The notes under the pieces were generated by a model, which saw only the letters and a program-made list of their open reading frames with translations, ran no database searches and had not been told where the DNA came from. This document shows, piece by piece, positions 39,896 to 48,844 of a stretch of DNA of 64,000 bases. Position numbers and translations under genes: made by a program. The first letter of the stretch is position 1. Every line of letters starts with the position of its first letter. Source of the DNA: Longimicrobiales bacterium (GTDB lineage: Bacteria; Gemmatimonadota; Gemmatimonadetes; Longimicrobiales; Gaopeijiaceae). The DNA lies in assembly GCA_965218295.1 (NCBI GenBank), contig CBDCKN010000015.1, positions 384,001 to 448,000 of the forward strand, written 5' to 3'.

Positions 39896-41328
39896 AAGCG
39901 CTCGGGATGAGCGGCCCATGCCTCACGGAGCACGGCCTTCCTGCAGGCGATGATCCGATCGGCGTGACCGAAGTGGACCTGTTCGGGGGTCAGCATCGAG
40001 ATGCCGCCATGGCGGTGCTCGGCATTATACCAACGGAAGAACGAGCGACAGAAGGTCTTGGCTTGCCCCTGATCCCCGAACCGGCCGGGAAACGAGGGAT
40101 GGTACTTCAAGGTCTTGAACTGAGCCTCGGAGAACGGATTGTCATCCGAGACCTGGGGTCGGCCCAACGAGCGGGTCACGCCGAGATCGGCGAGTAGTTG
40201 AGCCGTGCATTGGCTCGTCATCGGAGCCCCTCGATCGGAATGCAGGGTCAGGAGGTGGGGCTGGACGCCATGCTTCAAGCAACTCTGCTGGATCAGCCGG
40301 CTGGCCAGGGCAGAGTTCTCCCGATCCGCCACCATCCATCCCACGACGTAGCGGCTGAAGATGTCCAGGATCACGTAGAGGTAGAAGTAACTCCACTTCT
40401 TCGGCCCCAGCAGCCGGGTGATATCCCAGGACCAGACCTGGTTCGGGCCCCTCGCCATCAACTCGGGTTTCTGGTATTTGGGATGACTCCGCTGCGCTCG
40501 ACGCTCCTGAACCGGCACCTGGGAAGCCAGAACGCGATACATCGTACGCTCGCTGCACAGGTAGACGTCCTCGTCGAGCAGCGTCGCCACCACCTCGGCT
40601 GGGGACCGGTCCACGAACCGCTCCGAACACAGCGTGTCGAAGACCTTGTCTCGTTCCTTCTCGCTTAAGGCCCGGGCGGGGGTCGGGCGGGGCTGCTGAT
40701 GCCCGGTCGATGGCCTCCGACGACGGTAGAACGTGGCTCGCGGCACCCTGAGCGCATCGCACGCGGGCTTCACCCCTACGTGCTTGGCTAGCTCCTGGGT
40801 CGCCTTCATGAGTTCGTCCCGTCCTCGAGGCTCAATCCCAGCAGCCCTGCAACTTTTCCCTGGACGTCGATGATCAAGTGCGCCTTCTGGAGCTCCTTCT
40901 CGAGGCGAGTGTTCTCGCGCTCCAGCTTGCGCACCTTCTCCTCCAGCGGATTGCGCTCGCGCTTACGGCCTCGTTTCTTCGACAGCGCTTTCAGGGACCC
41001 GCTATGCGCCGCCTTGCGCCATGTCGTCAGGTGCGACGAGTACAAGCCCTCCCGCCGTAGGAGTCGGCCAACCTCTCCGGGCTCCGTGCACCGGTCCGCT
41101 TCTTCGACGATCCGCAGCTTGTACGACGGAGCGAACCGCCGGCGCAGCGGCCTATCTACCACCTCCGAGTCCGCAGGAGCTGCCGCGCTTCGCTTACCGT
41201 CCCAGGTTGGTGGGGCTATTCCATTCTCTTTCATTCTCTCTCGGTGTCTCAGCATCCTCGGTTTCTCTGCCTTCGCCCTACTCTAATTCCTTAGCTGCTC
41301 CGTGTCTCACGTAAGTTGGCAGAGAGGG
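39896..41328 (-). mobile_element. IS3-family element, copy 2, missing the last 134 bp (orfA 40806-41255, truncated orfB from 40809)
   Basis: Near-identical to 38463-39895 at offset 1433; abuts the left end of copy 1. Confidence 0.9.
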
Positions 41329-41607
41329 TCCCGCCGTAGGAGTCGGCCAACCTCTCCGGGCTCCGTGCACCGGTCCGCTTCTTCGACGATCCGCAGCTTG
41401 TACGACGGAGCGAACCGCCGGCGCAGCGGCCTATCTACCACCTCCGAGTCCGCAGGAGCTGCCGCGCTTCGCTTACCGTCCCAGGTTGGTGGGGCTATTC
41501 CATTCTCTTTCATTCTCTCTCGGTGTCTCAGCATCCTCGGTTTCTCTGCCTTCGCCCTACTCTAATTCCTTAGCTGCTCCGTGTCTCACGTAAGTTGGCA
41601 GAGAGGG
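41329..41607 (-). mobile_element. IS3-family element, copy 3, left end and 5' orfA only
   Basis: Matches 39617-39895. Its orfA continues at 38305-38328 with a TCC duplication. Confidence 0.88.
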
Positions 41608-41780
41608 GGCCTCACAGTCTTGGTGTTACGTTCGACGATCACGGCTATTCGGTCTGGAGCCTTGGCAAAGGCCAGGATCCTCTCACCTTCCGTCGATGTG
41701 AGGCCAAAGAAAAGGAGAGTCTTTTTTCGGACCCTGAGTGTCTTCCTAACAGGGATGTCTTTGAGAGTCGTCTCATGCAT
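41608..41780 (-). pseudogene. 5' part of an unknown gene truncated by the IS
   Basis: GGAGG RBS and ATG at 41780; frame (MHETTLKDIP...) stays open up to the IS left end. Lower GC than the flanks. Confidence 0.4.
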
Positions 41781-42188
41781 ATCAGTCTGACCGTCCTCCC
41801 GGATGCTCGAGGAATCGCAGGACACTGCCTTCGGCTTGTGACTCCCGCTTCATTTCAGCCGATCGATCCACGAGTTCGTCAACCGAACCTCCAAGCTAGT
41901 GGCGGCGATTCGTACACTCCCGGCCTTGCACGATGCGGGCTCATAGGCCCTGGCAACTGTTCGAGATCCGACGAATCGCGGGCTACGGTGCGACGCCCCA
42001 GCTAACGTACGGTCTTCAAGACCCTAGATGGAACGGGCTGTCGCACCTTACTCTGTCTCCGAACATGTCGATTCGTCGACATACAAGGTTGTAGAATCCG
42101 TTGCCGATGAGTCTTATGTCCAACGGCATGTCCAAGTCGGCGTTGGCCAATGTGGAAAACAGCAGAAACCGTTAGGATTGCTGACATC

Positions 42189-42271
42189 GCCGGGGTGGCG
42201 AAATGGTAGACGCAGGGGACTTAAAATCCCCTGGGAGCAATCCCATGTGGGTTCGAGTCCCACCCCCGGCA
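42189..42271 (+). tRNA. tRNA-Leu, anticodon TAA
   Basis: Acceptor GCCGGGG/CCCCGGC, D-loop TGGTAGAC, anticodon arm GGGGA-CTTAAAA-TCCCC, long variable arm and GTTCGAGTC T-loop. CCA is not encoded. Confidence 0.96.
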
Positions 42272-42425
42272 CTTGGCTTTTCGACGGTTTTCCACTTCGC
42301 CGAAGAGGGCCTCTGAGACCGAATTGTGCCCAAAAGTGTGACATGGAAGATCCCCTGGCGTTTACGTTGGAGACACGGAGTTGTTTCTCTAGACCGGCCT
42401 CCAGAACCGTGTGACGGCTGTTGTC

Positions 42426-42854
42426 TCAGAACACGGTGGCGAGGATCACGAAGACGGCGGCGCCGTCAACATCCTCGTTGGCAATCAGCGCTTGGCCATC
42501 CACATCCCATGCGACGTTGCGTACAAAAGTGTCTGCCGTCTGCGCGAAACGCAGGATGCCTTGATCGATGGTGTAGGTGCCGGCCATGTCGGCGGTCAGG
42601 TCGGCTCCATTGTTGATGGCGGCCGGCATGAACAGGGTGCCGCTCACCCTGCCGTCTTCGGTCAGTTCCAGATCAAGCGTCGCACCGGCTTGCAGCGCAT
42701 TCGTTTCCACGCCAGCTTCGGTGATCGTCCACGCTATTGCGGCGTAAGTGATTAGGGGGTCGGGCGGATTGAAGTCGGTGGAGCTGCTACAACCCAGAAC
42801 GCCGAGCGCTGCCGTCACGGCGGCCCGACCAAGCCATCGGCGCGTGGTGCTCAT
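42426..42854 (-). CDS. Hypothetical lipoprotein (lipocalin-like beta fold possible)
   Basis: AAGGAGGAG RBS; signal peptide with VLGC lipobox. Confidence 0.75.
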   Translation of the reverse strand: MSTTRRWLGRAAVTAALGVLGCSSSTDFNPPDPLITYAAIAWTITEAGVETNALQAGATLDLELTEDGRVSGTLFMPAAINNGADLTADMAGTYTIDQGILRFAQTADTFVRNVAWDVDGQALIANEDVDGAAVFVILATVF

Positions 42855-42925
42855 GGTAGTCTCCTCCTTTCGCTCACCCGAAATGTAACCGGAATGTCGG
42901 CCCCGCTCCCTGCTCCCCTCATAGT

Positions 42926-43096
42926 TCACTCGAGAAACCCCACTCGCGGAACCGCTTTGAAAAGTCCGTATCCCGACCCCGCCACCAACACGAGACACGC
43001 CAGACCGGGAAGCATGCGACCGTAAACGAGGAAACCGGTTCCGAATAGCGCGGCATAGACGACGAGACAGCCGAGGAACCAGCAGAGGATGGTCAC
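42926..43096 (-). pseudogene. 56-codon ORF resembling the C-terminal two TMs of a Na+:solute symporter
   Basis: Not in the ORF track. Translates as VTILCWFLGCLVVYAALFGTGFLVYGRMLPGLACLVLVAGSGYGLFKAVPRVGFLE; its GTG overlaps the upstream TGA. Confidence 0.55.
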
Positions 43097-43518
43097 TCCT
43101 CAGCTTCCAGGCCCATGCGAGAATCGGTCCGCTCGCGCAGCGCCACCATCATCTCGTTAAAGGCCGTCTCGAGCTCCTTTAAATGCTTATCGGCTCGCCG
43201 GAAATGTAGACTGTGATCCATGTTGCCGCGCTCGACATCCTCGAAGGCCCGTCTCAGCAGTACCAACGGCCCCGCCACTCGGTTGGTCGTGAAGATTGCG
43301 AGCGCCGTGACCGCCAACGCGAGTACGGGCACTCGGGTAAAAAGGAAGAACCAGACGTCTCTGTGCAACGATTGCGGTACAATGCCGCCCAGCATCATGG
43401 CGACGGTGATGACCGGCGCCGTCAGCACCACCACGAAGACCCAGAGGGCAGAGAACGGCAACACGGCTGGTAGGGTGTACTTGAATCCGCTTCCCCGGAC
43501 TTTCCGATTCATCTTCAT
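43093..43518 (-). CDS. Small two-TM membrane protein with HAMP-like domain
   Basis: RVAGPLVLLRRAFEDVERG...LKELETAFNEM; AGGAG RBS. Confidence 0.78.
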   Translation of the reverse strand: MKMNRKVRGSGFKYTLPAVLPFSALWVFVVVLTAPVITVAMMLGGIVPQSLHRDVWFFLFTRVPVLALAVTALAIFTTNRVAGPLVLLRRAFEDVERGNMDHSLHFRRADKHLKELETAFNEMMVALRERTDSRMGLEAEE

Positions 43519-43839
43519 AGTCTGCCTGCTCCTAAGTCAGAGATCTCATTGGTGACGCCGTTGATTTGCCACGCACGCTCTTCATCGTAATCGGTCCGGC
43601 ATCCGCCAGCGCTGAAGACCGGGGCCACTCCAACAGTATCCCCACACCCGGCTCCGGCTCACGGCCGACCGCTCACCTCCTTCGGATCCAACATGTCGCG
43701 CAGTCAGTCGCTCGGACAGTCTCTTGTCGCACGATCTGGCCGGGTTGCTCGTAAGCATACGTAGGTTTTGAGTCGGACCATACGTATAACCCCGAGGTCG
43801 TGGGTGCCTGGGATCGGCCTGCTCCGGCTGCACGGATTC

Positions 43840-43892
43840 CACGGCGCCCCGGCCCTCTTGGTGACTCGCGAACTTCGGAAACGGAACACTAG
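43840..43892. repeat. Partial second copy (one end) of the MITE at 14481-14646
   Basis: CCCTCTTGGTGACTCGCGAACTTCGGAAACGGAACACTAG versus CCCTCTTGGTGGATCGCGAACTTCGGCAACGGAACACTAG. Confidence 0.75.
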
Positions 43893-43899
43893 TCACTGG

Positions 43900-44910
43900 T
43901 CACGCGAACGCCACCAGCTCCAACGGCTCGGACTTCCCACGCAGCATCGCGGGCCCCATCTCCTCGGCCGTCCATCCGTCTGGAAGAGTCAAGCGTTCGA
44001 AGAGGTCGGCGGACGAGACGAGGCGCCTTCCGAGCCGGGCACACTGTCCTTGAATCCGCGCGCCGGTGTTGAGCACGTCGCCGTTGAAGACGAGCCCCCT
44101 CTTCAGATCTCCGATCTGCGCGGTCATTACCTCCCCCACGTGCACCCCGGCCTTGAACTCCAGCACGACGCCGAATCGGTCCAGGTAACGCTGCCTCTTC
44201 TCTTCGATGATCGAGTCGATGTCGAAGAACACTCGGAGGCAGTTCGCGTCCTTTAGCCCCCGCTCCTCCTTCCAGGTGAGGACGACCTCGTCTCCGACGT
44301 ACTCGTAGATCTCACCAGCATTGTCGAGTACTGGCCCGGAGATGTCCCTGAAGAACTCGTTGATGAAAGCGAGGTAGGTCTCGTGGCCCAACTCCTCCGC
44401 GAGCGACGTCGAGGACTTGATGTCGAGGAACATGAAGATGCGGGCTTCTCGGCGAGGCCGGTGATATCGGCCCAGCAGGTAGCGCAGGAGCACGCCTGGA
44501 CCGAAGAGCCGATCGAGTTGCCGGAAGAACACGATGATCACATAGAGAGCGAAGCCGGCTCCCATCTGGAGGTAGAAGTCCGGCTCGGTGAACGATGCCC
44601 AGAAGTCCTCCATCGTCAGGCCCTGCATCAAACCGACGATGAGACCGACCGACTGGAATACGACGACGAGGGATCCAACGTAGGTGAGTGACTTCGCCAG
44701 GACCGCCACCGAGAACGGCAGACGTCGCATCCGCTCGTCGAAGGTGGACTCCTCGAGCAGGGCCAGCGGCATCGCGAGGACGATCCCGATGACCAGACCG
44801 ATGTACGAAATCCTCCCTGATTCGATGAACTCGTAGGTAAGGGCGACGGGAATGCAGACCATCATGATCATGATGGCGGTTCTGAACCGGCGTGTAGTAT
44901 TCGCAGTCAT
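43900..44910 (-). CDS. Membrane-bound class III adenylate/guanylate cyclase
   Basis: Four TMs followed by FMFLDIKSST, YVGDE, AGVHVGEV and GDVLNTGARIQ. Confidence 0.9.
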   Translation of the reverse strand: MTANTTRRFRTAIMIMMVCIPVALTYEFIESGRISYIGLVIGIVLAMPLALLEESTFDERMRRLPFSVAVLAKSLTYVGSLVVVFQSVGLIVGLMQGLTMEDFWASFTEPDFYLQMGAGFALYVIIVFFRQLDRLFGPGVLLRYLLGRYHRPRREARIFMFLDIKSSTSLAEELGHETYLAFINEFFRDISGPVLDNAGEIYEYVGDEVVLTWKEERGLKDANCLRVFFDIDSIIEEKRQRYLDRFGVVLEFKAGVHVGEVMTAQIGDLKRGLVFNGDVLNTGARIQGQCARLGRRLVSSADLFERLTLPDGWTAEEMGPAMLRGKSEPLELVAFA

Positions 44911-45142
44911 GATAACCCCGGACTGAGACAACCTCTGGTTCGAGTCAAACGATCGGATCAAGCTACGGAGCGGAGACAACGTGAGGGGCAGGACCAGATC
45001 GATCAACATGAGGTGTCCCTGCGGAACGCCAGCGTGACGAGTATGTTTTGCGTCGGTCACGCCTCGTCCAAGGGTGGTGACCTCTTCCTTCGGCCCAGAC
45101 GCAGCAAAGATCGTCGCGTCGCCCGACTCGGGGAGAGCTGCC

Positions 45143-45610
45143 GTGAATCAGAATCATCCGGACGGTCATGAGCATCCGTCTGATCCCGTCGAAGGGCGGG
45201 TGAGACTAGCCACGAGTGCGACCGCACATTGCCTGGCCGGCTGCGGCCTTGGAGAGGTCGTGGGAGTTGTCATCGGGGTCGCACTGGGACTGACAACCCT
45301 CGCGACTCTCGTGCTGGCTGTACTTCTCGGATTCGTCTTCGGGTTCGCTTTGGGTCTCATCCCCCTGCGGCGTGCGGGATTTACGTGGGCGTGGGCACTA
45401 AAGCAGGTCCTCGTAGCCGAGGGCCTGAGTATTGCCGTAATGGAGACCGCTGAGGTTCTGGTGGAGGTGTATACTCCCGGGGTGATGCAGGCGGGGCTGA
45501 GCAGCCCGATTTTTTTGGGTGGGATGTTGCTGGCCCTGACGGCCGGCTTCGTTGCCGCTTGGCCGGTGAACTATTGGTTGGTTGGGAAAGGCATTCTTCA
45601 CATCCACTGA
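45143..45610 (+). CDS. DUF4396-like membrane protein
   Basis: ATAHCLAGCGLGEVVG and GFVAAWPVNYWLV motifs; GTG start with GGGGAG RBS. Confidence 0.82.
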   Translation: MNQNHPDGHEHPSDPVEGRVRLATSATAHCLAGCGLGEVVGVVIGVALGLTTLATLVLAVLLGFVFGFALGLIPLRRAGFTWAWALKQVLVAEGLSIAVMETAEVLVEVYTPGVMQAGLSSPIFLGGMLLALTAGFVAAWPVNYWLVGKGILHIH

Positions 45611-45646
45611 GTTCGGCCTCGAGCAGGCACCTGGAGCGAAACCGAC

Positions 45647-46630
45647 ATGGAATACACTACACTTGGCTCCACCGGCCTCAAGGTCTCCCGCCTCTGCCTC
45701 GGGTGCATGAGCTACGGCACCTCGGAGTGGCGCCCGTGGGTTCTCGACGAAGACGAGGCCCGGCCGTTCTTCCGACGGGCCGTCGAGTCAGGGATCAACT
45801 ACTTCGACACCGCCGACATGTACTCGTTGGGAGTGAGCGAGGAGGTTACGGGGAGGGCACTTCGAGAGTACGGCACCCGGGGCGAGCTCGTGATCGCGAC
45901 GAAGGTCTTCTTCCCCATGGGAGGGGGCCCGAATCTCGGGGGGCTGTCCCGCAAGCACATCGTCGAGGCGTGTGAGGCGAGCCTGGGACGGCTGGGAGTG
46001 GAGGCCATCGACCTGTACCAGATCCACCGTTTCGATCCGGAGACGCCCATCGAGGAGACATTGGCGGCCCTCGACGAACTGGTCCAGTCGGGAAAGGTGC
46101 GCTACATCGGCGCCAGCTCCGGGTGGGCGTGGCAGCTCGCCCGGGCTCTCGGCGTCTCAGAGGGGAATGGATGGGCCCGCTTCGTCTCGATGCAGAACCA
46201 CTACAACCTGATCTACCGCGAAGAGGAGCGGGAGATGATTCCGCTTTGTGAGGCGGAGGGGATCGGCGTGATCCCCTGGTCCCCCCTGGCCCGGGGGATT
46301 CTGGCGGGGACGCGGACCTCCTTGGACGACCACCGGTCGACGCCGCGTGCCGCGGCCGATACGTACGCCCACGACTTCTACAAAGACCCTTCGGGCTGGG
46401 ATATCGTGACGGCGGTACAATTGGTGGCCGAAGAGCGGGGGGTATCCGCGGCCGAGGTATCCCTCGCCTGGCTCCTCTCGAAGCCTGTCGTCGCCGCTCC
46501 CATCGTGGGCGCGACGAAGCTCTCCCACCTTGATACGGCTGTGCGGGCTGTCGGGCTGCAGCTGGAGTCGGCAGAGATCGAGCGGCTCGAGGCGCCCTAT
46601 CGACCTCAGGGCGTGCAGGGACATTCCTAG
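45647..46630 (+). CDS. Aldo/keto reductase
   Basis: FDTADMYS, IATKV, DLYQIHRFD, GKVRYIGAS and PWSPLARG motifs. Confidence 0.94.
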   Translation: MEYTTLGSTGLKVSRLCLGCMSYGTSEWRPWVLDEDEARPFFRRAVESGINYFDTADMYSLGVSEEVTGRALREYGTRGELVIATKVFFPMGGGPNLGGLSRKHIVEACEASLGRLGVEAIDLYQIHRFDPETPIEETLAALDELVQSGKVRYIGASSGWAWQLARALGVSEGNGWARFVSMQNHYNLIYREEEREMIPLCEAEGIGVIPWSPLARGILAGTRTSLDDHRSTPRAAADTYAHDFYKDPSGWDIVTAVQLVAEERGVSAAEVSLAWLLSKPVVAAPIVGATKLSHLDTAVRAVGLQLESAEIERLEAPYRPQGVQGHS

Positions 46631-46702
46631 ACCTTGTAGCTTTGAGGGTCTAGACGACACCCGGAATCTGCCCTCGGCGTGCGTGAGGCGAGAAAAGAAT
46701 CC

Positions 46703-47581
46703 ATGACCCTCGGCTCACTGATCAACAGGCTCCTCGCACCCCTCGGTCTTCGCCTGCACAGAAGGCCGAGTGGCCTCGGCCGGACCAGGTTGTCCAGGCA
46801 GGACGAGGAGTCGGTCATCCAGGATCTGATCCGGGGCCTTGAGATCGAGCCCTACTTCGTGGACGTCGGGGCCGGGGACGGTGCAACGGACTCGAACACC
46901 GCCAGACTGGCCCTGGGAGGCTGGCGCGGCGTCTTCTTCGAGTGTGATCCCCCCACTCTCGCCGTCCTGGCCGCGAATTTCGCCGGCCAGGAATGGGTTT
47001 CGGTGTCAGGCGCTCGTGTGACGCCCCTCAATGTGGCTGCCCTCCTGGAGGGCCATGGAGTCCCGCGAGACTTTGGGGTGTTGAGCCTGGATATCGACTC
47101 CTACGACCATCACGTTCTGGCGAGCCTGCTGGAGCGTTTTCGCCCCACCATCATCGTGGCCGAGATCAACGAGAAGATCCCGCCGCCCTTAGCGTTCTCG
47201 GTCAGTTTCCATCCCGAGCACAGGTGGGACCAGAGTCATTTCTATGGTCAGAGCATCGTCACACTGGGCGAGTTGGCGGATCGGCACGGGTACTCACTGG
47301 TGCATCTCGAGTACAACAACGCCTTCCTGGTGGATGCGGACCGGACGGACGTGCCGGGGCTGACACCCGGAGAAGCGTACGAGACGGGTTACCTGAACCG
47401 ACCCGATCGAAAGAAGCGGTTCCCTTGGAACAGCGACGTGGAAGAAGCCCTCAGCTTGCCCCCAGAAGAGGCGGTCGACTTCTTTCGACGCCTGTTTGTT
47501 CCCTACGAGGGCTCCTACGAGATCAGCATCGCCGACAACGGAGGCAACGATGGCGGGGCGGCGCCACCTGCGAACGAGTGA
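46703..47581 (+). CDS. FkbM-like SAM-dependent methyltransferase fold protein
   Basis: FVDVGAGDG...SNT, LSLDIDSYD and RPTIIVAEIN motifs. Confidence 0.7.
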   Translation: MTLGSLINRLLAPLGLRLHRRPSGLGRTRLSRQDEESVIQDLIRGLEIEPYFVDVGAGDGATDSNTARLALGGWRGVFFECDPPTLAVLAANFAGQEWVSVSGARVTPLNVAALLEGHGVPRDFGVLSLDIDSYDHHVLASLLERFRPTIIVAEINEKIPPPLAFSVSFHPEHRWDQSHFYGQSIVTLGELADRHGYSLVHLEYNNAFLVDADRTDVPGLTPGEAYETGYLNRPDRKKRFPWNSDVEEALSLPPEEAVDFFRRLFVPYEGSYEISIADNGGNDGGAAPPANE

Positions 47582-47759
47582 AGAGGTCTGGGAACGCCGA
47601 TACTTACGTGCTCTTGAGCACGGACCCTGTACACGGGTATTTTATACGACGTACATCTACTCTTCGCCGTCAAACCCTCGAGGGTTGCAGGGACTCCATT
47701 CACAGCCAGAGCGGTCGGTGGGATTCGGACGATCGGACCGCTCTGCCACGTAGAGACAG

Positions 47760-48839
47760 ATGCTCGAATACACGCCTGAGGTCGCACGTGCGACGACTCC
47801 TCTCCTGGAGCGGGTGAAGGAGTTCATTCCACCGGTCGAGTGGGCAGTGGTGGCGCCGCACATTTACGCCATCAACGAGCTCAAGAAGGCCAAGAACGCG
47901 GTTATTCTGGCTCATAACTATCAGACACCGGACATCTATCACTGCGTGGCCGACTTCGTCGGGGACTCGTTGCAGCTCTCCATTCAGGCGCGGGACACGG
48001 ACGCGGAGATCATCGTCCAGGCCGGCGTCCACTTCATGGCGGAGACCTCGAAGCTTCTGTCGCCCGACAAGACGGTGCTGATCCCCAGCCTCGAAGCCGG
48101 TTGCTCGCTGGCGGCATCGGTGACGGGTCAGGACGTGCGGCTTCTCAAGGAGAAGTATCCGGGCGTGCCGGTCGTGACCTACGTGAACACGTCGGCCGAC
48201 GTGAAGGCGGAATCGGACATCTGCTGCACCTCATCGAACGCAGTCGAGATCGTCGAGTCTCTGGGCGTGGATCGCGTGATCCTCCTGCCTGACGAGTATC
48301 TGACCAAGAACGTAGCGGCTCAGACCGACGTCGAGGTGATCGCGTGGCAGGGACGCTGTGAGGTCCACGAGCGCTTCACGGCCGAGGAGGTCCGGCAGTA
48401 CCGCGAGAACACACCCGACCTCGTGGTACTCGCCCATCCCGAGTGCTCTCCGGACCTGATCGCCGAGGTGGACTACACGGGCTCCACGGCGGGCATGATC
48501 CGCTACGTGAAGGAGCGCCGACCCCCTCGGGTCATGATGGTCACCGAGTGCTCCATGAGCGCCAACGTGGCGGCAGAGACGCCGGATGTGGAGTTCATTC
48601 AGCCCTGTAATCTCTGCCCTCACATGAAGCAGATCACCCTGCAGAACATCCTCGAGAGCCTCCAGCTGATGCGCTACCAGGTCACCATCCCCGAGGAGAT
48701 GGCGATCCGTGCACGGGAGTCGGTGCAGCGCATGGTCGATCTCCAGACGACGGGAAGAGGCTTCTCCGGTGGCGTGCCTCCCGAAGTGGTGGTCGAGGAC
48801 CGCGAGACCGTCGAATCGGTAGCGAGTGTTCCGGTCTGA
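47760..48839 (+). CDS. nadA: Quinolinate synthase
   Basis: [30 protein letters not shown] and CPHMK (4Fe-4S cysteines). Confidence 0.96.
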   Translation: MLEYTPEVARATTPLLERVKEFIPPVEWAVVAPHIYAINELKKAKNAVILAHNYQTPDIYHCVADFVGDSLQLSIQARDTDAEIIVQAGVHFMAETSKLLSPDKTVLIPSLEAGCSLAASVTGQDVRLLKEKYPGVPVVTYVNTSADVKAESDICCTSSNAVEIVESLGVDRVILLPDEYLTKNVAAQTDVEVIAWQGRCEVHERFTAEEVRQYRENTPDLVVLAHPECSPDLIAEVDYTGSTAGMIRYVKERRPPRVMMVTECSMSANVAAETPDVEFIQPCNLCPHMKQITLQNILESLQLMRYQVTIPEEMAIRARESVQRMVDLQTTGRGFSGGVPPEVVVEDRETVESVASVPV

Positions 48840-48844
48840 CCTCC

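Noticed and set aside
44937..44947. GGTTCGAGTC as an attR copy of the tRNA-Leu 3' end
   Set aside because: Only about 10 bp match, with no acceptor-stem continuation; compatible with chance.
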